A stretch of 64,000 nt of DNA, from positions 1,056,001 through 1,120,000 of the forward strand of contig OZ244044.1 of the NCBI GenBank assembly GCA_965215275.1, in the 5' to 3' direction. Both the position numbers and the translations under genes were made by a program. The notes under the pieces were generated by a model. That model was not told the origin of the DNA. It worked only from the letters and a program-made list of their open reading frames with translations, and made no database searches. This DNA comes from Thermodesulfobacteriota bacterium (GTDB lineage Bacteria > Desulfobacterota_D > UBA1144 > Nemesobacterales > JAJCZQ01). Positions 11,847-24,689 of this stretch are shown here, in pieces. The stretch's first letter is position 1, and every line of letters starts with the position of its first letter.

Positions 11847-13233
11847 TCAGGTCAGCAGCGTCCTGATCTCTGCCGGCAGTGTAACATTAAATCTTTTCTC
11901 GAATTCAGTGATGCTTTTATGCTTATCGTGAAAAAAGCAGGCAATATTGAACCATTTTCTAATAATGGTCAGGTCTGCTTTGGCACTTTCCCATTCACTC
12001 AGGCACAGTTCCATAATTGCCCGTTCATAGCAGTTGTGATATTCATCTGGATCAATTTCTACTGCCTTGTCAAATTCCTTAATTGCTTCTCTGTATTGCC
12101 AAAGTCGGGTTTTAGCAAATCCTCTTTCAGTATAGTATTTTGCATCTTGCGGGTCGGTTCTACTATTTTATCAAAGTCTGCAGTCGCTTCCTCATGTAAC
12201 CGTAAAAGTCCCAGGTCGCTTCTTTGTATTGTCCAAGTCTGTATTTGGCAGACCCTCTGTCATTATAAGCTATTACCAATTGCGGGTTGATCTCTATTGC
12301 CTTGTCAAAGTCTTCGACCGCTTCTTTATATTGCCCAAGGCTGACTTTAGCAAGTCCTCTGTTATAGTACTTTTTTGTAATTACTTTCTTGTAGTGTTTA
12401 AGTCTGTTTTTGGCAAGCTTTTTCTGATAGCGATCTTCTGATAATTGCTGGTTGGTATCTATTGCTTTGTTAAAGTATTCGATCGCTTCCCTGTATTGCC
12501 CAAGGCTGCATTTAGCACACCCTCTGTCATAGTAGGATCTTGCTTTATCAAAGTCTTTGGTTGCTTTCTTGTATTGCCCAAATTTAGTTCTGACAAACCC
12601 TCTTTGATAGGTAAGCCCTATAGGGTAGATCTCTATTGCTTTGTCAAAATCCTTGATTGCTTCTCTGTATTGCCTAAGTTCATAATTGGCAATCCCTCTG
12701 AGATAGTTAAGTCTCATATGCGTATATATCTGGTCTAAAACCACCGATTCATAATTGGTAATCCCTATCTGATAGATAAGCCCTATAGGGTAGATCTCCA
12801 TTGCTTTGTCATAGTCCTTGATTGCTTCTCTGTATTGCCTAATTTTATAATTAGCAATCCCTCTGTTACAGTAAGCTGCTGCAAATTGTGGATAGACCTC
12901 TATTGCTTTGTCAAAGTCCTTGACCGCTTCCTTGTATTGCCCAAATTTAGTTTTGCCAAGCCCTCTACGATAGTAGAACTCTGTATCTTGAGGGGGGGGG
13001 GAATTGGTTCCTATTGCTTGATACAAGTCCTTGAGCGCTTCCTTGTATTTCCCAAGCTCGTTTTTGGCAATCCCTCTATGATAGTAAGCTCTTGTAAATC
13101 GGGGATTGAGATGGATCGCCTCATCTAGATCATCAATAGCTTTTACGACCTCTCCTTTGTTCAAAAAGTCGTTTCCGCGTTCAAAGTATCCTTTTGCATC
13201 CTTTGGTTCTGATAAGGTATTTAATCTGTCCAT
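11847..13233 (-). pseudogene. Tetratricopeptide repeat protein with frameshifted C-terminal part
   Basis: 356-aa ORF of YYNRG..LGQYKEA..DFDKAI repeats; TPR text continues in other frames (LHEEATADFDK; DPQDAKYYTERGFAK...EWESAKADL; HDKHKSITEFEKRFNVTLPAEIRTLLT*) to a stop at 11847. Confidence 0.8.
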
Positions 13234-13447
13234 GTCTATTATCCGAAAGGTGTATTCTTTACCATCTAATAGAAGTTTCAGGTCACCGCTAGAGTCATAT
13301 TATTCCCAATACAGAATGAATAGCTGAAAGAGGTTTGCCCAGATTACTCTCTATATACATTAATGCCTTAGTAAGTATCTTTATCTTCAATACCCTTTAT
13401 AAACTTCTTTTTCAGGGACTAATACTTAAATTACCCAAAATATTCAT

Positions 13448-14251
13448 TCAAAACACATCATTTAATTTCTGCACATCCTGTTCTTCGATCAAGTCCCATC
13501 CAGAAGCACCGCAGTTTTCCTCCGTCCTTTCAACAGAGTTGGATTTTGGAATTACCACAACATTTTTATGTCTCAGACACCAGTTAAGTGATACCTGCCC
13601 TGGCGTTTTGTTATTGTTCCTGGCAATTTCATACAGGACTTTGTATTTTCCCGAGCCGTCTGGATCGGATGTTTCGCAAAGCCTGCCAGCATCAAGGGGC
13701 GTATAGGCAATGATAGTAACCTTATTATCAGCACAGTAAGGAAGAAGGTCCTCTTCTATTTCCCTTGCGTTTAGATTGTACAGAACCTGATTGGACTGAA
13801 TTTTATAATTCGGCAGGAAATGCTGCGCTTCCAACATCTCATCGAGGGAAAAATTACTTACCCCTACATACCTTACGACCCCCTCATCGACCAATCTCTC
13901 CATTGCCTTCATCGTCTCCTTTACTGGAAAAGACGGGTTAGGCCAATGTATTTGATAAAGATCAATAAAGTCCGTCTGCAGTTTTTCAAGGCTCTGTTCG
14001 CATGCTCGCAGAACGCCGTCATAATCAAGGTGCCTGCCCGAGACTTTGGTCGCAATTACCACCTCGTCCCTTATTTCACCCACGGCCTCACCCACCACGC
14101 CCTCCGTGTAATACCCTTCTGCCGTATCAATAAAGTTCACCCCGAGTCCCACTCCTCTTCTTAACGGACCAGGTCCTCCCTTGTAGTTCCAGGTGCCAAG
14201 GCCTACCTCGGAGATGTTCAGGTCAGTATCGCCCAGTTTCTTATATCTCAT
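13448..14251 (-). CDS. Aldo/keto reductase
   Basis: GLGTW, IDTAEGY, ATKV, DLYQIHWP, GVSNF, IPKS motifs. Confidence 0.95.
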   Translation of the reverse strand: MRYKKLGDTDLNISEVGLGTWNYKGGPGPLRRGVGLGVNFIDTAEGYYTEGVVGEAVGEIRDEVVIATKVSGRHLDYDGVLRACEQSLEKLQTDFIDLYQIHWPNPSFPVKETMKAMERLVDEGVVRYVGVSNFSLDEMLEAQHFLPNYKIQSNQVLYNLNAREIEEDLLPYCADNKVTIIAYTPLDAGRLCETSDPDGSGKYKVLYEIARNNNKTPGQVSLNWCLRHKNVVVIPKSNSVERTEENCGASGWDLIEEQDVQKLNDVF

Positions 14252-14358
14252 AATTGATATTTTACAGGTTTACACGGCTTTTCTGCAAAAAATCAGTCAT
14301 ACTGATTACAACGGTATTTAAATACTGTAAATTATTCAGGATTATACTTGTTCGGCAG

Positions 14359-14435
14359 GGGGATGTAGCTCAGTATGGGAGAGCGCTGCGTTCGCAACGC
14401 AGAGGTCGGGGGTTCGATTCCCCTCATCTCCACCA
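14359..14435 (+). tRNA. tRNA-Ala(CGC)
   Basis: GGGGATG/CATCTCC acceptor with G3:U70; CTGCG-tt-CGC-aa-CGCAG anticodon arm; GGTTCGATTCC; encoded CCA. Confidence 0.97.
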
Positions 14436-14466
14436 AATATATTTAACAAAGTTTTTAGTAAAATAG

Positions 14467-14676
14467 TTCATTATTATCAAATCGCTCAGAAGTAAGAAAG
14501 AAAAAGCTTTTACTCTTATAGTAGCAGCGATTATCGGTATTCTGGTCGCAACAGCAGTTCCTAAACTGCGTGGTGCTGGATCTTCTGCCAATAAGGCAAC
14601 AGACAAAAAAAGAAGTACAGGTTATCCGGGATGCGGAATCCCAGGAATCCCAGTTTTACGAACAGGATCTAGATGA
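14467..14676 (+). pseudogene. Remnant of a prepilin-type N-terminal cleavage protein
   Basis: Translation KKEKAFTLIVAAIIGILVATAVPK resembles GFTLIELLVVxAIIGILxAxAxP with the E5 segment deleted; no start codon. Confidence 0.6.
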
Positions 14677-14798
14677 CCCCGACGACAACATTGGAGATTA
14701 TACAAACAAGTAAGAGGCTTGTTAAAGGCAGTGTTCAGTAGACGAGTCCATTACAAAAGCCTCAAAGCCGTAAGACAATATCTCTGTAACAACAGATA

Positions 14799-16256
14799 TC
14801 ACTTTTGCTTATCTTCCAGCATTAGTACTTCTTCAGACAGTTCAAGTCCTTTGATTTCCGGGATTTCCCTTCCTGCAATTCCCTGGAGGTCACCGTACAT
14901 CCCAACCGTGGATTCTATCACGCCTCGAATCTGGGTCTCGCGCTTTGCCCATAGCTGGGTCATACGTGCCCGCTCTTTTTTAAGGTCATCCTGCATATCT
15001 GAAAATTTCTCGACAATAGCTTCAATACGATGCCGAAAATTAGGACCGGTCAAATATTTATAAACCAGCTCCGTCTTCGTTTGTTGACCTTCGGTTGCAA
15101 TTCTGGCTTTGTTAACTTCGATTAAAGATTGGCGAAGTGCAATAGCTAAAGGTACACAGTACTGAGGACCAGTAATCCATACACCTTTTACCGTACCAAA
15201 CGTCTTGATATCTTTAGGAAGTGCCTGAGAGACTATTATCGCGATCTCTGCTTTTGCGGCACGTTGGTCGTCCCGGAGTTTTGAAATCCACTTAGGACTC
15301 CACTTCTTTGTCCTTTTTGCTTCCCAAAGTATCAACCCACAATCCGTTCCTTCGGGAGACTTTACGCGTTGCAGAACATCACCACCTGATTTACCTTTGC
15401 GGACAGGTTCAATATTATCGGCAGGAAATGCGTTTTCCAGCGTTTCCTCTAATACTAATTCAAACGCTTCGCCCTGAAGTTGCTGTGAACCCTGTTCTGC
15501 TTTTCGCTTCAGATCATCAATTTGCTTGCTCATAGAGGTAATCTGTTCTTCTTTTTCGGTGAGTTTGATAGTTAAAGCCTGTTCAGCTTCGTCTTTAGCT
15601 TTTTCCCGGATGGCAGACACGGTTTCCTGAACTTGCTTTTCTACCGTTAAATCCAGTTCACGCTCCTTATCCTCAAACTCACGCTTTTTCCTTAACATCT
15701 CGGCCTCGGCTTTCTGTGCCCCCTTAAGTTTATCATTGCGTTCCTTGAGAAGTTGCTCAAGGTACGCAACTTCTTCGGATTTAGCGCTTAGTTCCTCATC
15801 AGCGGCAATTTTTGCCTTTTTTCTTTCCTCTTTTACTATTACTGCCTTTTCGGACTTGATCTTCTCAGCCACCTGCTCATCAATGTTTTCTCTATCCTTC
15901 TCGATCTCTCGCTGCTGCTGCTTTAGTTGTACTTCTCTTTTTGCAAATGATTTTTCCTTCGTTGCTAACTCGGCTTCGTATTTTTTTTGTTCGGACTTGA
16001 TCTTCTCAGCCACTTGCTCATCAATGTTTTCTCTATCCTTTTCGATCTCTCGCTGCTGCTGCTTTAGTTGTGCTTCCCTTTTCGCAAATGATTTTTCCTT
16101 CGTTGCTATTTCGGCTTCGTATTTTTTTTGTGTTGCCTGTATTAGCGGAGCAACTAAACTTTCCGTAAGTTTGATCTCTGTATTGCATTCAGGACAGATG
16201 ATCGTTGGGTCGTAACCGCCTAGTAGGATTTCTTTTGTGTCTTTATTGTCCGTCAT
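14799..16256 (-). CDS. DUF2130 domain coiled-coil protein
   Basis: N-terminal CPECN, long coiled coil, QGSQQLQGEAFEL, LWEAKRTKKWS motifs. Confidence 0.9.
   Translation of the reverse strand: MTDNKDTKEILLGGYDPTIICPECNTEIKLTESLVAPLIQATQKKYEAEIATKEKSFAKREAQLKQQQREIEKDRENIDEQVAEKIKSEQKKYEAELATKEKSFAKREVQLKQQQREIEKDRENIDEQVAEKIKSEKAVIVKEERKKAKIAADEELSAKSEEVAYLEQLLKERNDKLKGAQKAEAEMLRKKREFEDKERELDLTVEKQVQETVSAIREKAKDEAEQALTIKLTEKEEQITSMSKQIDDLKRKAEQGSQQLQGEAFELVLEETLENAFPADNIEPVRKGKSGGDVLQRVKSPEGTDCGLILWEAKRTKKWSPKWISKLRDDQRAAKAEIAIIVSQALPKDIKTFGTVKGVWITGPQYCVPLAIALRQSLIEVNKARIATEGQQTKTELVYKYLTGPNFRHRIEAIVEKFSDMQDDLKKERARMTQLWAKRETQIRGVIESTVGMYGDLQGIAGREIPEIKGLELSEEVLMLEDKQK
15849..16130. repeat. 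141-bp (47-aa) near-identical tandem duplication inside DUF2130 gene
   Basis: QKKYEAE(I/L)ATKEKSFAKRE(A/V)QLKQQQREIEKDRENIDEQVAEKIKSE twice. Confidence 0.95.
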
Positions 16257-16402
16257 TTTTATCTCCTTTGTATAAAATCTGGGATTTTACAGAGATAATT
16301 TAACAAACAAATTATCTCTACTGATCTTAATATAGTACCCCCCCCCTATTAAAATCAAGAAAATATTTTAATTATAAGTTGACAGTGAAAATCAAGAGAA
16401 AG

Positions 16403-16476
<74 letters not shown>

Positions 16477-16489
16477 TCGGCAGCGTTCT

Positions 16490-16912
16490 TTACGGCTTAT
16501 AGGTCTGAACGACTACAAGCTGAGGATCTTCTGGATCATTGCTGAAAAACAGTACTATCTCTGAACTGCTCGTTTTCCAGATGGTAACGATGTTATCTTC
16601 TTCATCCTTTTCAGTAGGCTTTGAAGGCTGGGTCTCCAGCCTTTTGCTCCAGCTGTCCTCAAGGGATTTACGATACAGTTCGAACTGCTTGAAAAGCCCT
16701 TCGTTAAAACTATAACCCGTGGATATTATAACAAGGCTGTCGTTGTGAAAACCGTAAGTTACTTCCTTCTGAGGCTGAAAATCCTGTTTAGGAGGAAAAA
16801 CATAGGTAATTTCCTCAAGCTCGCTCTGCTCGTTACTGCTTGTTGAATGCGGCTCACCAAGCTGTTCTATAACGTTTTCCTTTGTCGCTCCCCAGTATTC
16901 TGATTCCGACAT
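16490..16912 (-). CDS. Hypothetical protein
   Basis: 140-aa ORF with GGAGG upstream; WGATKENVIEQLGEP SmpA/BamE-like start. Confidence 0.7.
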   Translation of the reverse strand: MSESEYWGATKENVIEQLGEPHSTSSNEQSELEEITYVFPPKQDFQPQKEVTYGFHNDSLVIISTGYSFNEGLFKQFELYRKSLEDSWSKRLETQPSKPTEKDEEDNIVTIWKTSSSEIVLFFSNDPEDPQLVVVQTYKP

Positions 16913-17025
16913 CCGATGGTCCTCCGTTCAGTATCCACTTTGATAAGTCATTACGATACACGACAGAACGAACGGGGGCAAACATAATGACAAACACAAA
17001 ACAGCTGGTTATAATTTCGGTTTAC

Positions 17026-17994
17026 ATGGAAATGTCCTTGAAACACAACGGCGGGACCAGGTATCTGGAGTTTCATGATCCCGGGCTGGTAAAGCAGTTA
17101 TACGGCAGACTGAACGAAAATCTGAAGGAGATAGAAGGACTTTACCAGGTAAGGGTTCACTCAAAAGGTTCCAGATTGACCTTGGAAGGTCCTGCGGACA
17201 GGACTGCAAAAGCAGACAGACTGATACAGTCCATTTATTCCCTTTTGGCAAAAGATTATAAGCTCGACCCGTGCGATATAGAGCTTGCCTCCCGTATGCT
17301 GGAAGCAGATAAATCCCCTCTGGAAGAGATATTTCTGGATACGGTCTGCGTATCGATAAGGAAAAAACTCATTACTCCCAAGAGCATCAATCAGAAGGTG
17401 TACGTTGACGCTATAAGAAAGAACGACATCGTGTTCGGTATCGGTCCTGCCGGAACGGGAAAGACCTATCTGGCCATGTCCATGGCGGTTTCCGCTCTCT
17501 TAAATAAAACCGTCAGCAGAATAATCCTTGCCAGACCCGCGGTCGAAGCGGGAGAAAGGCTCGGATTCCTGCCGGGGGACCTTCATCAGAAGGTCGACCC
17601 CTACCTAAGGCCCCTGTTCGATGCCCTTTACGAAATGATGGATATAGACAGGGCTACAAGTCTGATAGAAAAAGGGGTTATAGAAATAGTTCCCCTTGCC
17701 TTTATGAGAGGAAGAACGCTGAACGATGCATTCGTGATACTTGACGAAGCTCAGAACACCACGGTAAATCAGATGAAGATGTTCTTAACAAGGCTGGGTT
17801 TCAGTTCAAAAACGGTAATAACGGGCGATAAAACCCAGGTCGACCTGTCAGAAGACAGCAGGTCGGGATTAAACGATGCAGAAACGCTGCTGAGAAGCAT
17901 TGACGGAATTGACTTTGTGTATTTTAACAAGAGCGACGTTATAAGACATCCTCTTGTAAAAAAAATAATCGAAGCGTATGAAAAACCTGAATAG
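17026..17994 (+). CDS. phoH: PhoH family ATPase
   Basis: GPAGTGKT, RPAVEAGERLGFLPGD, MRGRTL, DEAQN; start chosen at MEMSL. Confidence 0.93.
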   Translation: MEMSLKHNGGTRYLEFHDPGLVKQLYGRLNENLKEIEGLYQVRVHSKGSRLTLEGPADRTAKADRLIQSIYSLLAKDYKLDPCDIELASRMLEADKSPLEEIFLDTVCVSIRKKLITPKSINQKVYVDAIRKNDIVFGIGPAGTGKTYLAMSMAVSALLNKTVSRIILARPAVEAGERLGFLPGDLHQKVDPYLRPLFDALYEMMDIDRATSLIEKGVIEIVPLAFMRGRTLNDAFVILDEAQNTTVNQMKMFLTRLGFSSKTVITGDKTQVDLSEDSRSGLNDAETLLRSIDGIDFVYFNKSDVIRHPLVKKIIEAYEKPE

Positions 17995-18050
17995 GTCAGT
18001 TGCCTGAAGTTAACTTCAAGGGTAGTTTATTATCCGGAGAGATATCGACC

Positions 18051-18488
18051 ATGAAAACAGCCACTTTAGTCTTATCGTTAATTTTTCTTTTCCTTACAGC
18101 TTCCTGCAATAAAGGGTGGCAGGACCCGAACACGACGGTGCCGGCGTCGGAGCTTCCAGTTGCAACCATTGTGGCAGCCCCTAACGCGTTCAACGGAGCT
18201 GGGGTTATAGTCAAGGGAGTAGTGTGGAACATTGTAAACGACGAGTTTACCTATACGGACAATGGTGATGAGAGGACGGTAAGTTATTCCATGTTCAAGC
18301 TGGCGGATAAGAAAGGGAATTTTGTGACCGTATATACAGAGTCGCTGGAAGATGTAAAGGAAGGGGACCTGATAAAGGTCAGGGGTATTTACAGAAAAGA
18401 TATGAACACGCAGAAAAGATACTACGTTAACGAGATCGAAGCAGTGGACATTCAGGTGATAGAATCGCAGGTAAAAACAAAAGGATAA
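18051..18488 (+). CDS. Lipoprotein, OB-fold-like
   Basis: MKTATL...LTASC lipobox, GGAGA RBS, VKEGDLIKVRG OB-fold-like motif. Confidence 0.7.
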   Translation: MKTATLVLSLIFLFLTASCNKGWQDPNTTVPASELPVATIVAAPNAFNGAGVIVKGVVWNIVNDEFTYTDNGDERTVSYSMFKLADKKGNFVTVYTESLEDVKEGDLIKVRGIYRKDMNTQKRYYVNEIEAVDIQVIESQVKTKG

Positions 18489-18510
18489 AAACGGATAAAC
18501 CCCTGCCGAC

Positions 18511-21046
<2,536 letters not shown>

Positions 21047-21047
<1 letters not shown>

Positions 21048-22633
21048 CAGAATTTGACCTGCGTCAGGGAAATTATATCAGGGATCTTACGTATTTTGTC
21101 CATAAGTTCCTGTGGAACAGGGGAATCAACGTTCGTAAAAACAATAGCCCTTCCTCCGATCTTTTCCCTGCCAAGATGCATAAGACCGATATTTACCCCA
21201 TGCTCGCCAAGCAGGGAGGTCATTGAAGCGATAAATCCCGGCTTGTCATAGTTCTCACTGTAAAGCATATAACCTTGAGGCTTTACGTCAACTGATATAC
21301 CGTTCAGCAGGACAAATCTCGTCTCACCCCGGCCAAATATCGTTCCGGATACCCTGGTTTCCGCTTTCGAAGTAATAACGGTAACGTTTATAAGACTGGT
21401 AAATTCATTTGCAGTTTCCGTTTTTGATTCTATCACCTTAATACTGCGCTCCCTGGCTATGACCGGAGCATTAACGTAAGTGACGACCAGGTCCATCATG
21501 GGAGAAAGAAAACCCTTGAGCGCTGCCACGGTAAGGGGTTCGGTGTTCAGTTTTGATACTTCTCCTGCAAATTCTATCCGTATTTCCTTAACGGCACCTT
21601 TACATATCTGTCCATGAAGGCTTCCGATCTTTTCCGCAAGGTTCAGGTAGGGTTTTAAGGACTTTAGCTGCTCAAGGTTCAGTGACGGCATGTTCACGGC
21701 GTTCCTTACGACACCGTCCGTGGCAAAATCAACCATCTGCTCCGCGATAGCAACCCCGACCTTTTTCTGAGCTTCCTCGGTCGATGCTCCAAGATGAGGA
21801 GTGTGTACTATGTTGTCATCAACCGTGAGGAGCGGGTCCCTGCTTTCAAGTGGTTCAGAGGAGTAAACGTCCATACCGGCACCGGCTATTCTGCCCTTTT
21901 TCAGTGCATCGACCAGATCCCGTTCATTAACGATGCCTCCTCGTGCACAGTTGATTATAAGAACGCTCTCTTTCATTTTAGCTATACTGTCCGCATTTAT
22001 CAGATCTTTTGTGTCCGAAGTAAGGGGAGTATGTATGCTTATCACGTCGGATCTTTCCAGCAGTTCGTCAAGTGAGACAAGTTGAACGCCCAGTTTGGCA
22101 ACGGCTTCCCGGGTCAGAAAAGGATCATAGGCGATCGCCTTCATCTTTATTCCGATAGCACGTTCTGCAACCAGCTTGCCTATGTTGCCCAGACCTATGA
22201 ACCCAATTGTCTTTCCATACAGTTCAACTCCCTTGTACTTGCTCCTTTCCCATTTTCCCTTTGCAAGGGAGCAATGTGCCTGCGGTATGTTCCTTGCAAG
22301 TGAAAAAAGAAGGGCCAGGCTGTGCTCCGCCGTCGTGATAGCGTTTGCTTCCGGGGTGTTCATAACGACTATACCGTTCCTCGTGGCCGTTTCCACGTCA
22401 ACGTTATCCACACCGATGCCAGCTCTGCCTATTATCTGTAAATTACCCTCGGAGGCCTCTATTACTTCCTTTGTGACTTTTGTGGCACTTCTTACTATCA
22501 GTCCCTGATAGCTTTTTATCTCCGTCAGAAGTTCTTGTGGCGAAGTCTTCTTGTTTACGACCAGGTCTACGTTTGCCGCCCTGATGATATTCTCACCTTT
22601 CTCAGAAAGGCCGTCAGTGGCCAATATTCTCAA
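21047..22633 (-). CDS. serA: D-3-phosphoglycerate dehydrogenase
   Basis: GRAGIGVDNVD, GLGNIG, NCARGG, TPHLGAST, ACT domain; TTG start after GGAGGT. Confidence 0.96.
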
Positions 22634-22792
22634 ATTACACCTCCGGAACTGGTAGGTCTGATAAAACCTGTAAAATATATGCGAGACTGGGATTTTGTCA
22701 ATTGAAAAAACGGACACGGATAACGGTCGTTTGATCATTAAAAAACTCCGGGCTGGTTAATGCCCGGCGATTTAGTTAACATTCATAAAGCA

Positions 22793-23530
22793 ATGACAGA
22801 GCAGAAACTGATGAACTTTCTGGATCACGTTCAGGAACTCAGAAAAAGGGTCCTTTACGTGCTGATAGCTGTTTTTATATTTTTCATACCGGCTTATTTC
22901 TTCTCAAAGGAAATATTCTCTTTTCTTATGACCCCTATAATCGCAAACCTTCCCAGTGGCAGTTCGATGATATTCATCAGACCAGCTGAAGGGTTTATAA
23001 CTTATTTAAAAGTATCGATCTTTGCTGCCTTCGTTCTTGCCTTTCCCGTTGTTCTTTACCAGGTATGGAGCTTCATATCCCCTGCTCTGTATAAAAGAGA
23101 AAAGAGGATACTGCTTCCCTTTCTTCTGTTCGGAACGATATTTTTTCTCTCCGGCGGTCTGTTCTGCTACTACGTTGCGGCACCAAAGGGATTTGGATTT
23201 TTACTTGGCGAGTATTCAAGTGAATACGTAAAGGCATTTCCAACTATCAGGGAAGGATTATCTTTCCTGATGTCGCTTATGATAGGGTTCGGGCTGGTTT
23301 TTGAATATCCGGTCGTGGTGTTCATGCTGTCAAGATTTGGACTTATCACAGGCAGCTGGCTGAGAAAGCAGAGAAAGTACGCATGGCTTGTAAGTGCAGT
23401 TGTAGCAGCATTTATCACTCCGACGACCGATGCCGTATCAATGATGTTCATGCTCGTGCCCCTGTTCATCTTTTATGAACTGGGAATTTACGTTGCACTG
23501 ATATTCGGCAGAAAAGAACGGGCAGAATAA
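22793..23530 (+). CDS. tatC: Twin-arginine translocase subunit
   Basis: DHVQELRKR, YQVWSFISPALY, GLVFEYP, ITPTTD motifs. Confidence 0.95.
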   Translation: MTEQKLMNFLDHVQELRKRVLYVLIAVFIFFIPAYFFSKEIFSFLMTPIIANLPSGSSMIFIRPAEGFITYLKVSIFAAFVLAFPVVLYQVWSFISPALYKREKRILLPFLLFGTIFFLSGGLFCYYVAAPKGFGFLLGEYSSEYVKAFPTIREGLSFLMSLMIGFGLVFEYPVVVFMLSRFGLITGSWLRKQRKYAWLVSAVVAAFITPTTDAVSMMFMLVPLFIFYELGIYVALIFGRKERAE

Positions 23531-23587
23531 GTGATCCGGCAGAACCGGTCCACCCGTGATCCGAAGGACTGACCCAATGATATCAGA

Positions 23588-24595
23588 TCAGTTACCCAGC
23601 TTTTTTGGAGCAAGCCTGGTCAGGGTTTCCACTATCTGCTCTCTGGAGGCTTTGAACGGGAACATCAAGACAGGACAGTCAACTTCGGACCATAAAGCAT
23701 GCAGTTTTTCCAGAGCGTCTTCCTGCAGGCCGTTTACAGATACGGTATTTGTCAGTTCATCACTGACGCACTTTACCGCAGCCTCCATATCCCTCCTGCC
23801 CCATGCCTCCTTAACTCCGGAGGCGTCGGTCTCAAATCCGTAGCTGCTCACCAGTCTGTTGTAGTAAGGTCCCATTGCACCTACGTAAAACGCAATGAAC
23901 TCCTTCAACCTGTAATTTGCCTGTTCCTGATCATCCGATACCAAAGCCGGTACGTAGGGATAAACCGAAACGTCCTTCACGGCCCGCCCTGCCGTCAGGG
24001 AGGCTTTTTCAACTACATCCCTCAGCTTTATCAGATGACCCACGGGACAGAGGAACGGCAGCCATCCATCGGCGACCTCTCCGGTCATCTGCAGATTTTT
24101 AGGACCGAGCGAGGCAAGATATACGGGAACGTTCCTTCTTACAGGTTCGGACTGCAGCCTGAAGTTTCTGAGCCTGAATATCTCTCCCTCGTAATTTACC
24201 CGTTCACCGCTTAAAATAAGCCTTATTATCTCAACGTATTCCCTGGTCCTCTGAAGAGGTCTTTCATGCCTGGTTCCATGCCAGTTCTCATTTACCAGAC
24301 TGGTGCTTGAACCAAGTCCGAGCACGCTCCTTCCGCCTGATATCAGATCAAGCGTTGCTATGGTCTGTGCCATTACCGCGGGACTTCTGCTGTATATGGA
24401 AACTACACCACTTCCGAACTTTAAACTGTCCGTGTTATGAGCGATCGTTGCCAGTAACGTAAACGCGTCATTTCCCCAGGTTTCAGGAACCCATATGGAA
24501 TCGTAACCAAGCTCTTCTGCAAGTTTTGAGTAAAAAACGACCCCATCCCTGTCGATAGTAGCCCAGTTTGGAAGAACAAAGGCCAGTTTTGACAT
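23588..24595 (-). CDS. LLM-class flavin/F420-dependent oxidoreductase
   Basis: AEELGYDSIWVPE, TLDLISGGRSVLGLG, GEVADG motifs. Confidence 0.9.
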   Translation of the reverse strand: MSKLAFVLPNWATIDRDGVVFYSKLAEELGYDSIWVPETWGNDAFTLLATIAHNTDSLKFGSGVVSIYSRSPAVMAQTIATLDLISGGRSVLGLGSSTSLVNENWHGTRHERPLQRTREYVEIIRLILSGERVNYEGEIFRLRNFRLQSEPVRRNVPVYLASLGPKNLQMTGEVADGWLPFLCPVGHLIKLRDVVEKASLTAGRAVKDVSVYPYVPALVSDDQEQANYRLKEFIAFYVGAMGPYYNRLVSSYGFETDASGVKEAWGRRDMEAAVKCVSDELTNTVSVNGLQEDALEKLHALWSEVDCPVLMFPFKASREQIVETLTRLAPKKLGN

Positions 24596-24689
24596 ACAGG
24601 TACTCCTTTTTTTATTTGAATATCTTGCTGTAAAATAAGAACATAATCAAATTTGCCCGTTTATATGAATTAAAAACAAGGAGAGAAAG

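Noticed and set aside
11847..11930. SMI1/KNR4-like fragment (ITEFEKRFNVTLPAEIR)
   Set aside because: Better explained as the frameshifted C-terminal cap of the upstream TPR gene
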